Part shown: positions 33,645-42,409 of the stretch, one piece after another
Layout: each line of letters opens with the position of its first letter
Position numbering within the stretch: position 1 is the first letter of the stretch
Assembly: GCA_040397175.1 (NCBI GenBank)
Contig: JBBAWM010000004.1
Coordinates: 45,673-109,672, forward strand
Reading direction: 5' to 3'
DNA length: 64,000 bases
DNA from: Candidatus Limnocylindrus sp.
Lineage (GTDB): Bacteria; Chloroflexota; Limnocylindria; Limnocylindrales; Limnocylindraceae
Program-made: the position numbers and the translations under genes
Notes under the pieces: model-generated
Told to the model about the DNA's origin: nothing
The model's database searches: none
The model's input: the letters and a program-made list of their open reading frames with translations, nothing else

Positions 33645-35615
33645 TTACTCGTCGGCGGCGCCCGTATTGGCGCGAATCACCTCAACGATCGACGAATCGG
33701 CGAGTGTGGTGACGTCGCCGAGATTGCGCCCCTCGGCAATGTCGCGCAGCAGGCGCCGCATGATCTTCCCGGAGCGGGTCTTCGGAAGCTCCGGCACGAA
33801 TTCGAGGTGCTTCGGCTTGGCGATCGCGCCGATGCTCTTCCCTACATGGCCGCGTAGCTCCTCAAGGAGGGCTGGCGTTGGGTCAACCCCCTTCTTGAGG
33901 ATCACGAAGCCAACGATCGCCTGGCCGGTGAGCGGGTCGCTCTTCCCCACCACCGCCGCCTCGGCGACAGAGTGATGGTCAACGAGTGCGGACTCAACCT
34001 CAATGGTGCTGATCCGGTGCGCCGAAACGTTCATCACGTCGTCGACCCGGCCAAGGAGCCAGTAGTAGCCTTCGGCATCGCGGCGGGCGCCATCACCCGC
34101 GAAGTACGAGCCGGGGAAGCGGCTCCAGTACGTCTCCTTGAAGCGCTCTGGGTCGCCCCAGATGCCACGCAGCATCGATGGCCACGGCTTGGTGAGAGTC
34201 AGGTAGCCGCCCGAGCCGAGCGGCACGCTCGCCCCGGAATCGTCGACTACGTCGGCCGAGATGCCAGGGAGCGGGAAGGTTGCTGAGCCAGGCTTCGTCG
34301 TGGTGACGCCAGGGAGCGGACTGATCAGGATCGAGCCGGTCTCCGTCTGCCACCAGGTGTCCACGACTGGGGTGCGGCTGCCGCCGATGAGTTCGCGGTA
34401 CCAGAGCCACGCCTCCGGATTGATCGGCTCCCCGACAGAGCCGAGGAGTCGCAACGATGTGAGGTCGTGCCTCTTGGGATGTTCATCGCCCTGTCGCATG
34501 AAGGCGCGAATCGCCGTTGGGGCGCAGTAGAGAATCGTGACCTTCAGCTCTTCAACGATGGACCACCAGCGATCCCAGGCTGGCGTGTCGGGCGTCCCCT
34601 CGTACATCACTTGGGTTGCGCCGTTGCTCAGCGGTCCGTACACGATGTAGCTGTGGCCGGTCACCCAGCCAACATCGGCGGCGCACCAGTAGACATCGTC
34701 CGGCTTGATGTCGAAGACGGCACGATGCGTGAACGTGGTGCCGAGCAGGTAACCCGCGCTTGTGTGCATGATCCCCTTCGGCTTTGCCGTGGTGCCACTC
34801 GTGTAGAGCAGATAGAGCAGCTGCTCGGCAGGCATCGGATCGGCCGGGCACTCGGCAGCCTGACCTGGGACGAACTCGTGCCACCAATGATCGCGGCCGC
34901 CCTGCATTGCGGTCGTACCAGCGGTGCCCGGTTGACGCCGCTGGTAGACCAAGACGCCCGTGATGGAGGGGGTGCCCTTGAGCGCCTCATCGGCGATCGG
35001 CTTTAGTTCGAAGAAGTTCCCCTTGCGATACCCGCCGTCGGCGGTGATCAGCACCTTTGCCGCTGCATCATTGATGCGATCGGCGAGCGCGTTGGCGGGG
35101 AAGCCACTAAAGACCACGCTGTGTGCTGCTCCCAAGCGGGCGCAGGCGAGCATGGCAATTGCCACTTCAGGGACCATCGGCATGTAGATGGCGACGCGGT
35201 CGCCCTTGCTGACGCCAAGCGCCTTCAGTGCATTGGCCGTCTTCTGCACCTCGCGTAACAGGTCGTTGTAGGTCACCGTGCGACGGTCGCCTGGCTCGCC
35301 GATCCAGTGGAAGGCAACCTTATCGCCACGACCGGCGGCAACGTGGCGGTCTACGCAGTTTTCCGACACGTTGAGCTCACCGTCATCGAACCACTTTGCA
35401 AATGGGAGCTCCCACTCCAGCGTTTTCGTGAAGGGCTTCCGCCAGGTGAGGAGCTCGCGTGCCTGCTCGGCCCAGAAGGCAACAGGGTCGACGCTAGCAC
35501 GCTCATAAAGCTCTGTGCGCGCATTTGCCGCCGCAGCGGTGGCCGCGTCGGGTGGGAAGGAGAGCCCTTCAGCTTGGAAAGTCTCAATCCCGTGCTGCTC
35601 TGGCGTGTCACCCAC
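33645..35615 (-). CDS. acs: Acetyl-CoA synthetase (AMP-forming)
   Basis: YTSGTT.KPKG, SVGEPINPEAW, DTWWQTETG and PKTRSGKIMRR motifs. The GTG start overlaps the iclR stop (TAGTG). Confidence 0.95.
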   Translation of the reverse strand: MGDTPEQHGIETFQAEGLSFPPDAATAAAANARTELYERASVDPVAFWAEQARELLTWRKPFTKTLEWELPFAKWFDDGELNVSENCVDRHVAAGRGDKVAFHWIGEPGDRRTVTYNDLLREVQKTANALKALGVSKGDRVAIYMPMVPEVAIAMLACARLGAAHSVVFSGFPANALADRINDAAAKVLITADGGYRKGNFFELKPIADEALKGTPSITGVLVYQRRQPGTAGTTAMQGGRDHWWHEFVPGQAAECPADPMPAEQLLYLLYTSGTTAKPKGIMHTSAGYLLGTTFTHRAVFDIKPDDVYWCAADVGWVTGHSYIVYGPLSNGATQVMYEGTPDTPAWDRWWSIVEELKVTILYCAPTAIRAFMRQGDEHPKRHDLTSLRLLGSVGEPINPEAWLWYRELIGGSRTPVVDTWWQTETGSILISPLPGVTTTKPGSATFPLPGISADVVDDSGASVPLGSGGYLTLTKPWPSMLRGIWGDPERFKETYWSRFPGSYFAGDGARRDAEGYYWLLGRVDDVMNVSAHRISTIEVESALVDHHSVAEAAVVGKSDPLTGQAIVGFVILKKGVDPTPALLEELRGHVGKSIGAIAKPKHLEFVPELPKTRSGKIMRRLLRDIAEGRNLGDVTTLADSSIVEVIRANTGAADE

Positions 35616-36556
35616 TAGCCGGTGGCCTCGTCGTCGTCGGCTACCTCGCGCTCCTGCTCCTCGACATCGCTGTCCTTGAGGTGCGGCACGATGCCGGCGC
35701 GGCGCTGGCTGCCGCTCCAGCCCAACTTGGTGCTGATCTGCTGTGCGGCATCGCGTGCCGCAGTCACGAGTGCAGGGAGCGTTCCAGGAGTCACACGCGT
35801 TGCGGCTCCCCACACCACGACGGTGGCGATAACGGTGCCGCGCGCATCACAGATCGGCACAGCGGCGGCGGTGATCCGGTCGTCCCACTCGCCGATCGCC
35901 ACGGCGTAGCCGCGGCGGCGAATGGTGGCGAGCTCTTCGAGGAGGGCGCGCGGGTCGATAATGGTGCGCGGTGTATAGCGAACCAAACCGCGTCGAGCGA
36001 TCGAGAGAACGGTGCGCTCTGGGAGTGAGGCGAGCAGCACCTTCCCTGAGGCGATGGCGTGCATGGCGAGTGGCCGCCCAGTGATGTCGGGCATCGGCGT
36101 GAGGTTTGGTCCGTCGATCTGACAGATCGCTACCGCTGCGGCGACGCCGTCAAAGACTTCGAGGCTGACAGTTTCGTGGGTCACCTTGGCGAGCGCCTCC
36201 ATCTCAGGGAGGGCGATCGCGCGCAGGTCAAGGGTGCGTTCCGCGGATTGCGCGAGGCGAATAATGCCAACGCCGAGACGGAAGTGCCCGCTATCGCGAT
36301 CCTGTTCTACTAGGCCGCGGCGCTCGAGGGTGGAGAGGAGCCGGCTCACCGTTGACTTATGTAGATCAAGGGAGTGGGAGAGATCGGTGACCGACGCGGA
36401 ACCATCGGCGTCAGAGAGGCAGACCAAGAGCGCGGCGGCGCGATCGACGGAGCGAACGGCAGCGTCATCTGCGCCATGCGCGTGCGCTCCCCCGACCTGG
36501 TCGGGTAACTCATCGGGGTCCCGTGACGCGCCACTGCGCGTCTGTTCATTGGTCAT
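35615..36556 (-). CDS. IclR-family transcriptional regulator
   Basis: SVDRA, HTH L.KSTVSRLL.TL, H..ASGKVLLA and IR.RGYA motifs. Confidence 0.92.
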   Translation of the reverse strand: MTNEQTRSGASRDPDELPDQVGGAHAHGADDAAVRSVDRAAALLVCLSDADGSASVTDLSHSLDLHKSTVSRLLSTLERRGLVEQDRDSGHFRLGVGIIRLAQSAERTLDLRAIALPEMEALAKVTHETVSLEVFDGVAAAVAICQIDGPNLTPMPDITGRPLAMHAIASGKVLLASLPERTVLSIARRGLVRYTPRTIIDPRALLEELATIRRRGYAVAIGEWDDRITAAAVPICDARGTVIATVVVWGAATRVTPGTLPALVTAARDAAQQISTKLGWSGSQRRAGIVPHLKDSDVEEQEREVADDDEATG

Positions 36557-36709
36557 TGGCAGGTGCTCCTCCCTAGGTGGCGGATGATCCGCCCGCAGCG
36601 CGCTCTCGTCAATGGGAGGCCCTATTCGTGCTCAGCGCGCCGCGCGGGGTACCTCTAAGATGGTAGCAATAGGGGGCGCTGCCTCCATAGTGAGTACCGG
36701 GGGGGTCCC

Positions 36710-38242
36710 ATGGCGCAGGGGGGTCGAACGGCGATCATCGTGGGCAGCGGCTTCGGCGGCCTCTCCACGGCGATCCGCCTACTCTCCGACGGCTGGCAGG
36801 TCACCATTTTGGAGGCCCGACCCGAGATTGGCGGCCGCGCCTCGCGCATCCAGGAGGGTGGCTACACCTTCGACACCGGCCCGTCGCTCATCACCATGCC
36901 GTGGCTCTTCGAAGAGGTCTACGCCGCAGCCGGCGAGAAGATGTCAGACCACGTCACGCTGCGACAACTGCAGCCGGGTTATCGCATCTTCTGGACGGGC
37001 GAGGATCGCCACTTTGACTTTGGTAGCGACCGCGAGCAGCTCCTCGCCGAGATGCGCAAGTTCTCGAACCACGACGCTGATCAGCTCGAGGCGTTCCTGG
37101 CCGCATCGGGTGCGATCCACCACGAGGGGATCCTCGTCTCCGGCCGCCAGAACTTCTTGAAGCTGAAGGACTTCATCAAACTCCTCCCGACCATGGCGCG
37201 ACTGGATGCCATCCGCTACCTCGAGGGATGGGTTGGCAAGTTCTTCAAGGAGCCGCATGTGCAGCAGGCGTTCGGTTTCCACTCGCTCTTCATCGGTGGC
37301 GATCCGTCGCGCGTTCCCGCCATCTATTCGGCGCTCGCTTATCTGCAGATCGCCGATGGCATCTGGTATACCGAGGGCGGCGTCTACAGCATCATTGAAT
37401 CGTTCGGCAAGATCATTGCCAAGATGGGCGGCGTGATACGCACCAACAGCAAGGTGGATCAGATCTTGCACCGCAATGGGCGCGCCACTGGGGTTCGCAC
37501 CGCCGATGGCGAGGTACACAACGCCGACCTTGTCATCTATAACGGCGATGTGACGGCGCGTGATGCGCTTCTGCCAGATGCACCTGATGCCTTCCCATGG
37601 CGCCTCCGCCCACTGCGCACCACCATGTCGGCACACATGCTCTACCTGGGCACCAATAGGAAGCACGAGAAGCTCTTGCATCACACGCTGGTCGTGGGCG
37701 ACGATTACCACGGCTTCATTAAGGACGTCACCCGCGACCGACGGATGCCGCGCAGCAACGCCGTCTACATCCATGCGCCATCGCGCACCGAGCCCGAGAT
37801 GGCGCCGCCAGGTGGCGACTCCATTGCGATCCTCCTCCCCGTGCCGAACCTGGCATCTGGCGATGACTGGAGCGAAGCGGCTCCACGCATGCGCGATCGC
37901 ACCTTGGAGTGGTTGGAGAACTGGGGCCTCCCTGGGCTCCGCGATTCGATCGTCGTCGAACGCTCGTGGACGCCGCTCACCTTCCGTGATGAGCTCCTTG
38001 CGCCCGACGGGAATGCCTTTGCCGTAGAACCTTCGCTGCAGCAGTCGGCCTATTTCCGTCAGCCGAATCGTGATCGCACGATTGCTGGCCTCTACTACGT
38101 TGGTGGCGGCACGCACCCAGGCGCGGGGATGCCAGGGGCCCTCCTCACCTCGCAGGTGACGCAAGATCTCATTCGCGGCGACTACCCGGCCCCATTCACC
38201 TCGCGTGCAACGGGCCCAACCGGAAATCTCGTCCGCCCGTAA
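36710..38242 (+). CDS. crtI: Phytoene desaturase
   Basis: IVGSGFGGL, GY.FDTGPSLIT, FRQPNR and YYVGGGTHPGAGMPG motifs. Confidence 0.9.
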   Translation: MAQGGRTAIIVGSGFGGLSTAIRLLSDGWQVTILEARPEIGGRASRIQEGGYTFDTGPSLITMPWLFEEVYAAAGEKMSDHVTLRQLQPGYRIFWTGEDRHFDFGSDREQLLAEMRKFSNHDADQLEAFLAASGAIHHEGILVSGRQNFLKLKDFIKLLPTMARLDAIRYLEGWVGKFFKEPHVQQAFGFHSLFIGGDPSRVPAIYSALAYLQIADGIWYTEGGVYSIIESFGKIIAKMGGVIRTNSKVDQILHRNGRATGVRTADGEVHNADLVIYNGDVTARDALLPDAPDAFPWRLRPLRTTMSAHMLYLGTNRKHEKLLHHTLVVGDDYHGFIKDVTRDRRMPRSNAVYIHAPSRTEPEMAPPGGDSIAILLPVPNLASGDDWSEAAPRMRDRTLEWLENWGLPGLRDSIVVERSWTPLTFRDELLAPDGNAFAVEPSLQQSAYFRQPNRDRTIAGLYYVGGGTHPGAGMPGALLTSQVTQDLIRGDYPAPFTSRATGPTGNLVRP

Positions 38243-38246
38243 CGGC

Positions 38247-39143
38247 ATGACGCCGCAACGCGACCCGCGCGTGGAGGAGCTCCTCCCAGAGGCGCACGCA
38301 ACGATCAATCGGGTAGCGCGCAGCTTTGCCCTTGCAGCACGTTTTCTGCCAGGAGAGGTTCGGGACGACATCAACCTGCTCTATCTGGCGCTGCGTCGAC
38401 TTGACGATCTGATCGACCTGGAGGCGCCCGGTGGTTCGGTGCAGCGCGCCGACGCGGTGCGACGACTGGCGGCCATCCGCACCTGGCTGAGTACCGGAGT
38501 GATCGGAACCGGCGGCGGTGATGAGTTGGCGATCTTCGTCGACCTCCAGCGTCGCACTCCAACTCTGCCGATCGATGCTGTCGGCGCCTTCCTCGACGGT
38601 ATGGAACGCGACCTCGCTGGCCCCGTCATGGAGCGTGATGCCGATCTTGATCTCTACTGCTATCAGGTTGCGGGGACGGTGGGTCGCCTCATGGCGGCGG
38701 TCCTCGGCGTGCGCGACGGCGAAGATGAGCCGGCAGATCGCGCCGCCCGCGCCCTCGGTGCGGCGATGCAGCGCACGAACATCTTGCGTGACATCGATGA
38801 GGACCTTGCAAACGGGCGCATCTATCTGCCAGCGGGCGCCCTACAGCGCGCTGGCCTCGACCCAGCCGCAAGCAGCGGCCCCACCTCGCTGCGTGATGGC
38901 GATCGTCGCGCCCTCGTCGCCGCTGAGATTGCCCGCGCCGATGCAGACTACGAGCTTGGCGCTGCGGGGATCCGCCACCTGAAGAGCGGCGGTCGCTCCA
39001 TTCGCGTAGCGGCGAACCTCTATCGCGAGATCCTCCGGCAAATCGAGCGCGATGGGTTCAGCGTGCCACGACCGCATCGACCGGTGGTGGGGCGAGCCCG
39101 CAAACTGCTCGTCCTTGTCCGCGCCTTCGGCGGAGGTGCCTAG
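38247..39143 (+). CDS. crtB: Phytoene synthase
   Basis: SF..AA, R..DDL.D, YCY.VAGTVG and Q.TNILRDI.ED...GRIYLP motifs. Confidence 0.9.
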   Translation: MTPQRDPRVEELLPEAHATINRVARSFALAARFLPGEVRDDINLLYLALRRLDDLIDLEAPGGSVQRADAVRRLAAIRTWLSTGVIGTGGGDELAIFVDLQRRTPTLPIDAVGAFLDGMERDLAGPVMERDADLDLYCYQVAGTVGRLMAAVLGVRDGEDEPADRAARALGAAMQRTNILRDIDEDLANGRIYLPAGALQRAGLDPAASSGPTSLRDGDRRALVAAEIARADADYELGAAGIRHLKSGGRSIRVAANLYREILRQIERDGFSVPRPHRPVVGRARKLLVLVRAFGGGA

Positions 39144-39727
39144 ACCAGACCCGCGGCGCTAGCGAGCAGGCTCAGGCCGAAGAGGGCGAAGAAGAGCGCC
39201 GCGAAATATTTGATCGTTTGTGGTGAGACGCGCGATGCCAGCGCCGTTCCCGCGGCGATTGCCAGAAGGTCTGCAGCGGCCATCCCCGCCGAGGAACCCA
39301 GCCACGCCCCGATCGGCTCATGGGTTGCACCCATGGCCATGGTTTGCACCATGGTCTTATCACCAAATTCTGAGAGGAGAAAGGTGATGGTGATCGTCAG
39401 AAGCACCCAACGGCCCCCCGATTCGGTGCGATTGCGCTCCTCGTCACTGAGCGAATCGCCGCGGAGTGTCCATGCAGCAAAGCCCAGGTTCGCGACACCG
39501 GCAACGATCTTGGTGACGTTCGGGTCAAGGTGGCCCGCCGCAAAGGTTCCGACGAGCACCCAGAGTGCGTGGCCGCCAAATGTGGCGATCAGGATGCCGA
39601 CCACGACGGTACGCGTACGATAGCGGGCGGCCAGCGCCATGGCCATGAGCTGACTCTTGTCGCCAAACTCCGCGAGGAAGAGCACGACCGTAGAGATCGC
39701 AAATGCGTTGAGCGTGGTCTCTCCCAC
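39140..39727 (-). CDS. TMEM165/GDT1 (UPF0016) Mn2+/Ca2+ transporter
   Basis: Two copies of E-phi-G-D-K-[ST] (EFGDKS, EFGDKT). Confidence 0.92.
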   Translation of the reverse strand: MGETTLNAFAISTVVLFLAEFGDKSQLMAMALAARYRTRTVVVGILIATFGGHALWVLVGTFAAGHLDPNVTKIVAGVANLGFAAWTLRGDSLSDEERNRTESGGRWVLLTITITFLLSEFGDKTMVQTMAMGATHEPIGAWLGSSAGMAAADLLAIAAGTALASRVSPQTIKYFAALFFALFGLSLLASAAGLV

Positions 39728-39732
39728 GGCTG

Positions 39733-40665
39733 CTAGTGCGCGCGGGCGTAGCGAGCGAGGAGCGAGAGTGACACGACAACGATCGCCGTTCCAACCAGCT
39801 GCACGGGGGTCGTAACGTCATGCAAGAAGATCACACCGCCAATGAGCGCCACGACCGGCACGAGGGTGCTGAACTGGCTCACCGTTGTCGTTGGGATTCG
39901 TCGAGTCGCTTCGAGGTACAAGATGAAGGGTGCGGCACCGCCGAAGATTCCGGTGGAGACGGAGACGGCCCACTGCATCTCGGTCGTTGGAAGCTGAAGG
40001 TCGCCGTTGAACAACGTAACGCGCACGATCAACAATGCGAGCGAGGCGAGCGCCGCCACCAGTAGTTGCGTTGCAACGAGCGGCAGCACCGGTACGGTGC
40101 GCACGAGCTTCGACGAGAGGAGCACATATGCGGCACCACAGAAGAGGCCGAGGATGGCGAAGATGATCCCCTCCGGTTGCAAGGTGCCCGCTACTCCGGC
40201 GCCGCCGACTACGAGGCTCACGCCAATGATCGAGACCACCATCAGGATTGCGGCGCGGCGGGTTACCCTCTCCCCGAGGTAGGGGGCCGCAAGCAGGGCG
40301 ATGAGTACCGGATTCAGCGACGAGACGAGCGCAACAAAGGCACCGCTCGAGAAGATGATGCCAACGTTTCCGAGCGTGTACGCACCCCAAGGCTCAATCA
40401 GCCCAGTTGAGGAGGCGCGGAGCAGCCCTGCGTGTCGGAAACCGCCCAGTTCGCCGCGAACCGCACCGAGTGCAAGGAGCGCGAGGAAGCCAATGCCGAG
40501 TTCAATGACCAGGAACGTGTCGTTCCCCACCCCCGCCGAAAGGACGTAATCCGACGTCGTCGACCCGAAGCCCCATGCGAGTGAGGCGCCGATCGCGGCG
40601 AGGATGCCGACCGTTCGCCGAGAGGTTCCGCGAGCCGCGCCCGCGGTCCCCCCAGCAATACTCAT
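39733..40665 (-). CDS. DMT/EamA-family transporter
   Basis: About 10 TM segments in two repeats; LGERV motif. Confidence 0.85.
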   Translation of the reverse strand: MSIAGGTAGAARGTSRRTVGILAAIGASLAWGFGSTTSDYVLSAGVGNDTFLVIELGIGFLALLALGAVRGELGGFRHAGLLRASSTGLIEPWGAYTLGNVGIIFSSGAFVALVSSLNPVLIALLAAPYLGERVTRRAAILMVVSIIGVSLVVGGAGVAGTLQPEGIIFAILGLFCGAAYVLLSSKLVRTVPVLPLVATQLLVAALASLALLIVRVTLFNGDLQLPTTEMQWAVSVSTGIFGGAAPFILYLEATRRIPTTTVSQFSTLVPVVALIGGVIFLHDVTTPVQLVGTAIVVVSLSLLARYARAH

Positions 40666-42389
40666 GCCTTCGGCTTGACCCAGTTCGGCATCTCGGCCTC
40701 AAAGACCGGGAGCGGAATCTGTCCGTGACCGATAGCGTGGTCGTGGAACGACTTGATGTCGAACTTGTCACCATCGCGCTTCTCGATCGCAGCACGCGTG
40801 CGCTGAATGGCACGCTGCCCAACCTTGTAGCAGAGCGCCTGCGCTGGCCAAGCGATGTAGCGATCGGTCTCGATCTCGGCGTCGGTTCGTGGCAGCCCAA
40901 CGGACTCCATGAATGCAACACCCTTATCGCGGTCCCAGCCGAAGGCGTGGAGGCCGGTGTCAACGACGAGTCGCGCCGCACGATGCGCCTGACCCTGAAG
41001 CATGCCGAAGCGCTCCATCTCGTTGCGATAGAGGCCGAGCTCATCGGCGAGTCGCTCCGAGTAGAGGCCCCAACCCTCAACGTAGGCGTTCCCCGCAAGG
41101 TGCGAGGCGTGCTTGCGCAGGTCTGGCAAGAACTCCAACTCCATCTCCAGTGCGATCTGGAAGTGGTGGCCCGGAATGGCCTCGTGATACGTGGTTGGTG
41201 CAAGGGCGTGCAAGAAGCGTGACGGCAGGTCGTAGCCGTTCACGTAGTACGTCCCCGGGCGCGAACCGTCAGCCGCAGGGCTGAAGTAGTACGCCGCTGG
41301 TGCGTCCTTCTCCTTGAAGTCTTCAACCGCCTTCACATCGCAGCCAGCCTTCGGGAATCGCCCGAAGACCTTGCCTGCTTCGGCATAGCCACGCTCAATG
41401 TCTTCCTTGATACGAACGATGAGCGCCTCTTTCGACGCCGCGACGTTCGTTGGATCGCTCTCGGCCGCATCGCGCAGCTTCTCAATGGAGCCACCGAAGC
41501 CAAGCTTCGTCGAGATGACCTTCATCTCCTCCTGAATATCAGCCCACTCCTGGAGTCCGATCTCGTGGAGCTCCTTCGGATCAAGCTGCAGGCCGGTCCA
41601 GCCGCGGATCGCCACCTTGTAGAGCTCGGCGCCGTTCGGTGCGGAGCAGAGGCCTGGCACCTCACGCGCCTTGGTGCGGTAGCTCCCGCTGACCGCCTCG
41701 TAGTAGCGCTTGATCTGCGGGTCGACATACTCGGCAACGATCTTCTCGAGCTCGGCTCGCTCAGCGTCACCGGCAACATTCGCGGCAGTCACGATCGGTG
41801 ACTGCGCAGTCGGGATCGCCATCAAGCCTTCGAGCTGAGCGATCAGTCGCTCCGTTGAGATCTTGGAGGCGACGAGGCCGCGCTTCTCCGCCTCATGCAC
41901 GCGCGCGATCGCTTCGTCCATGAACTTCGGGAAGGCCTTGAGTCGGCTCACCAGCTTGGCGAACTTCTCAGGGGTCTTCGCATCCTGGAAGGAGACGATC
42001 TGCGGCAGGAGTGTCTGCACCCCGTCCATGTGGTCGACCGAAGAGAGGAGGTCCATGCGGTGATCGTCCTTCTCAATGGCGATTGAGCCGCCGACCGCGA
42101 TCAGGTCGCGCGTGATCTTCCACTCGATGTCGAGCCCCTCGTCGCCAATGGCCTTCGCCGCCTTCGAATACTTCTCCCACATGGCGCGGTCGCGCAGGCG
42201 CGAAGCGTCCGAGGTGTCATCAAGGGCGCCGTCGTTGACCTCGATGCCGAGGAAGGTCCCCCAGATTGGAGAGTGCGAGAGCATCTCCTTCCAGAGGTCG
42301 TCGGCTAGGGTCTTGACCGCCTGGTCGTTCGCTGAGAGTGGCTTCGACACGATTGGACTCCTCCCGGACGGACCGGAACTCTGGCTCAC
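40662..42389 (-). CDS. DUF885-family putative metallopeptidase
   Basis: HEAIPGHH.Q, EGWGLY.E, RAARLVVDTG.H and P.QA..YK.G motifs. Confidence 0.9.
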   Translation of the reverse strand: MSQSSGPSGRSPIVSKPLSANDQAVKTLADDLWKEMLSHSPIWGTFLGIEVNDGALDDTSDASRLRDRAMWEKYSKAAKAIGDEGLDIEWKITRDLIAVGGSIAIEKDDHRMDLLSSVDHMDGVQTLLPQIVSFQDAKTPEKFAKLVSRLKAFPKFMDEAIARVHEAEKRGLVASKISTERLIAQLEGLMAIPTAQSPIVTAANVAGDAERAELEKIVAEYVDPQIKRYYEAVSGSYRTKAREVPGLCSAPNGAELYKVAIRGWTGLQLDPKELHEIGLQEWADIQEEMKVISTKLGFGGSIEKLRDAAESDPTNVAASKEALIVRIKEDIERGYAEAGKVFGRFPKAGCDVKAVEDFKEKDAPAAYYFSPAADGSRPGTYYVNGYDLPSRFLHALAPTTYHEAIPGHHFQIALEMELEFLPDLRKHASHLAGNAYVEGWGLYSERLADELGLYRNEMERFGMLQGQAHRAARLVVDTGLHAFGWDRDKGVAFMESVGLPRTDAEIETDRYIAWPAQALCYKVGQRAIQRTRAAIEKRDGDKFDIKSFHDHAIGHGQIPLPVFEAEMPNWVKPKA

Positions 42390-42409
42390 TCGGTCGGTGA
42401 GCGTGGCGC

